A stretch of DNA of 63,868 nucleotides, counting the filler, from Octopus bimaculoides (taxonomy: Eukaryota): NCBI RefSeq assembly GCF_001194135.2. It is 6 parts of 6 records of this genome, joined end to end, with 100 filler letters (N's around TTAATTAATTAA, not from the genome) between each part and the next. Parts side by side here need not be neighbours in the genome. Positions count along the whole stretch, not along the records: positions 62,858 to 63,868 come from NW_026350026.1; 5 more parts are not named here. One strand, 5' to 3'. Below the pieces are notes generated by a model. The model was not told the DNA's origin, searched no databases, and was given only the letters and a program-made list of their open reading frames with translations. The position numbers and the translations under genes are program-made. Of the stretch, positions 63,116 to 63,868 are shown piece after piece. Position 1 is the first letter of the stretch. Each line of letters opens with the position of its first letter.

Positions 63116-63420
63116 GTGAAGGCGCATGGCTTAGTGGTTACGGTATTGCACACACGATTGCGAGTTCGTGGGTTCGATTTCCAAATCGGGCGTTGCATTG
63201 TGTTCTTGAGCAAAGCACTTCATTTCCCATTGTTCTGCGATCATTTCGACAGCTGACATGTAAAACCCTGTTGCACCTGTAGAGGTCATGTCGATTTGAT
63301 GGAGAGAGTGAGCTTATATCTACACAAACATTTGATCACTATAAACAAATCATGTGTGGTTGTTCCGTAAGAAATTGTCGAACCCTCATGCGTTGTCTCA
63401 CGACGGGTGAGTTCGTTATA
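63116..63420 (+). mobile_element. tRNA-derived SINE (family of 42482)
   Basis: GTGAAGGCGCATGGCTTAGTGGTTA A box, GGGTTCGATTTCC B box, CTTGAGCAAAGCACTTCATTTC body. Confidence 0.75.
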
Positions 63421-63481
63421 TACATATATATGTGTGTGCGCGTGTGTATATATACACATACACGCACACACGCACACGCAC

Positions 63482-63543
<62 letters not shown>

Positions 63544-63602
63544 GTATAGTCTATATACATGAGACCATGATAATACTGATTACATAATATAGAGATTCTT
63601 AA

Positions 63603-63800
63603 GGTGTTTGCTGGCAGAATCGTTGGCACGTCAGACGAAATAGTTATTGGTGTTTTGCCCGGCGCTGCGTTCCGACTTCAAATCACGTTGAGGTTGACTT
63701 TGCCTTGCATCCTTTTGGGGCTCGGTAAATTAAACACCACTGAAATACTGAGGTCGATGTCATTTACAAATCCCCTCCCCACAAAATGTGAGGCAAAGGA
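63603..63800 (+). mobile_element. tRNA-derived SINE (family of 1-170)
   Basis: CTGGCAGAATCGTTGGCACG head...GAGGTTGACTTTGCCTTGCATCCTTTTGGGG...GGTCGATGT. Confidence 0.7.
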
Positions 63801-63868
63801 TAATATAGAGACGCCTCATGTATTTATTTAAATATTTCAAGACATGATTTCCCGTCTGCAGACCAATG

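Noticed and set aside
16427-63420. tRNA-like sequences (for example 42482, 50482, 63116, 30564)
   Set aside because: They lack a complete cloverleaf/acceptor stem and run into shared repeat bodies, so they are SINE heads rather than tRNA genes.
4348-63629. Most ORFs in the supplied track (poly-YI, CV, HT, LS, ER, I or X)
   Set aside because: They are translations of (AT)n, (GT)n, (CT)n, (ATT)n and (GATA)n microsatellites or read-through of N gaps.

Overview
AT-rich, microsatellite-dense, gap-ridden animal genomic DNA. The repeat landscape suggests an octopus or other coleoid cephalopod (inference). One host gene is supported: a candidate promoter at about 3.45-3.6 kb and a first coding exon (3800-4133, +) encoding a signal peptide plus an S/T-rich, N-glycosylatable ectodomain, ending in a GTAAGT donor. 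No downstream exon could be fixed, so most of the window is probably intron or intergenic. The rest is nested mobile DNA: several tRNA-derived SINE families, an R4/Dong-like LINE remnant, a fold-back mariner, an RTE fragment, a pogo/Tigger-like MITE, Helitron/Helentron-like pieces and Penelope-like element (PLE) remnants. The most striking signal is a set of minimal type I hammerhead ribozyme (HHR) motifs (CUGANGA / stem II / GAAAC / palindromic stem III / GUH) in at least three, probably four, unrelated repeat families. They comprise (A) a tRNA-headed SINE-like element with an HHR tail, also present as a TSD-flanked fold-back insertion; (B) the terminal repeats of a PLE whose GIY-YIG domain carries a long Asn/Ser-rich insert; (C) a roughly 300-bp retrozyme-like unit into which an ORF1-only Tx1/L1-like element inserted, with a 16-bp TSD ending 3 nt upstream of the ribozyme; and (D) a variant-core motif near 62.6 kb. 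All alignments, folds and family assignments were made by eye, with no database searches.
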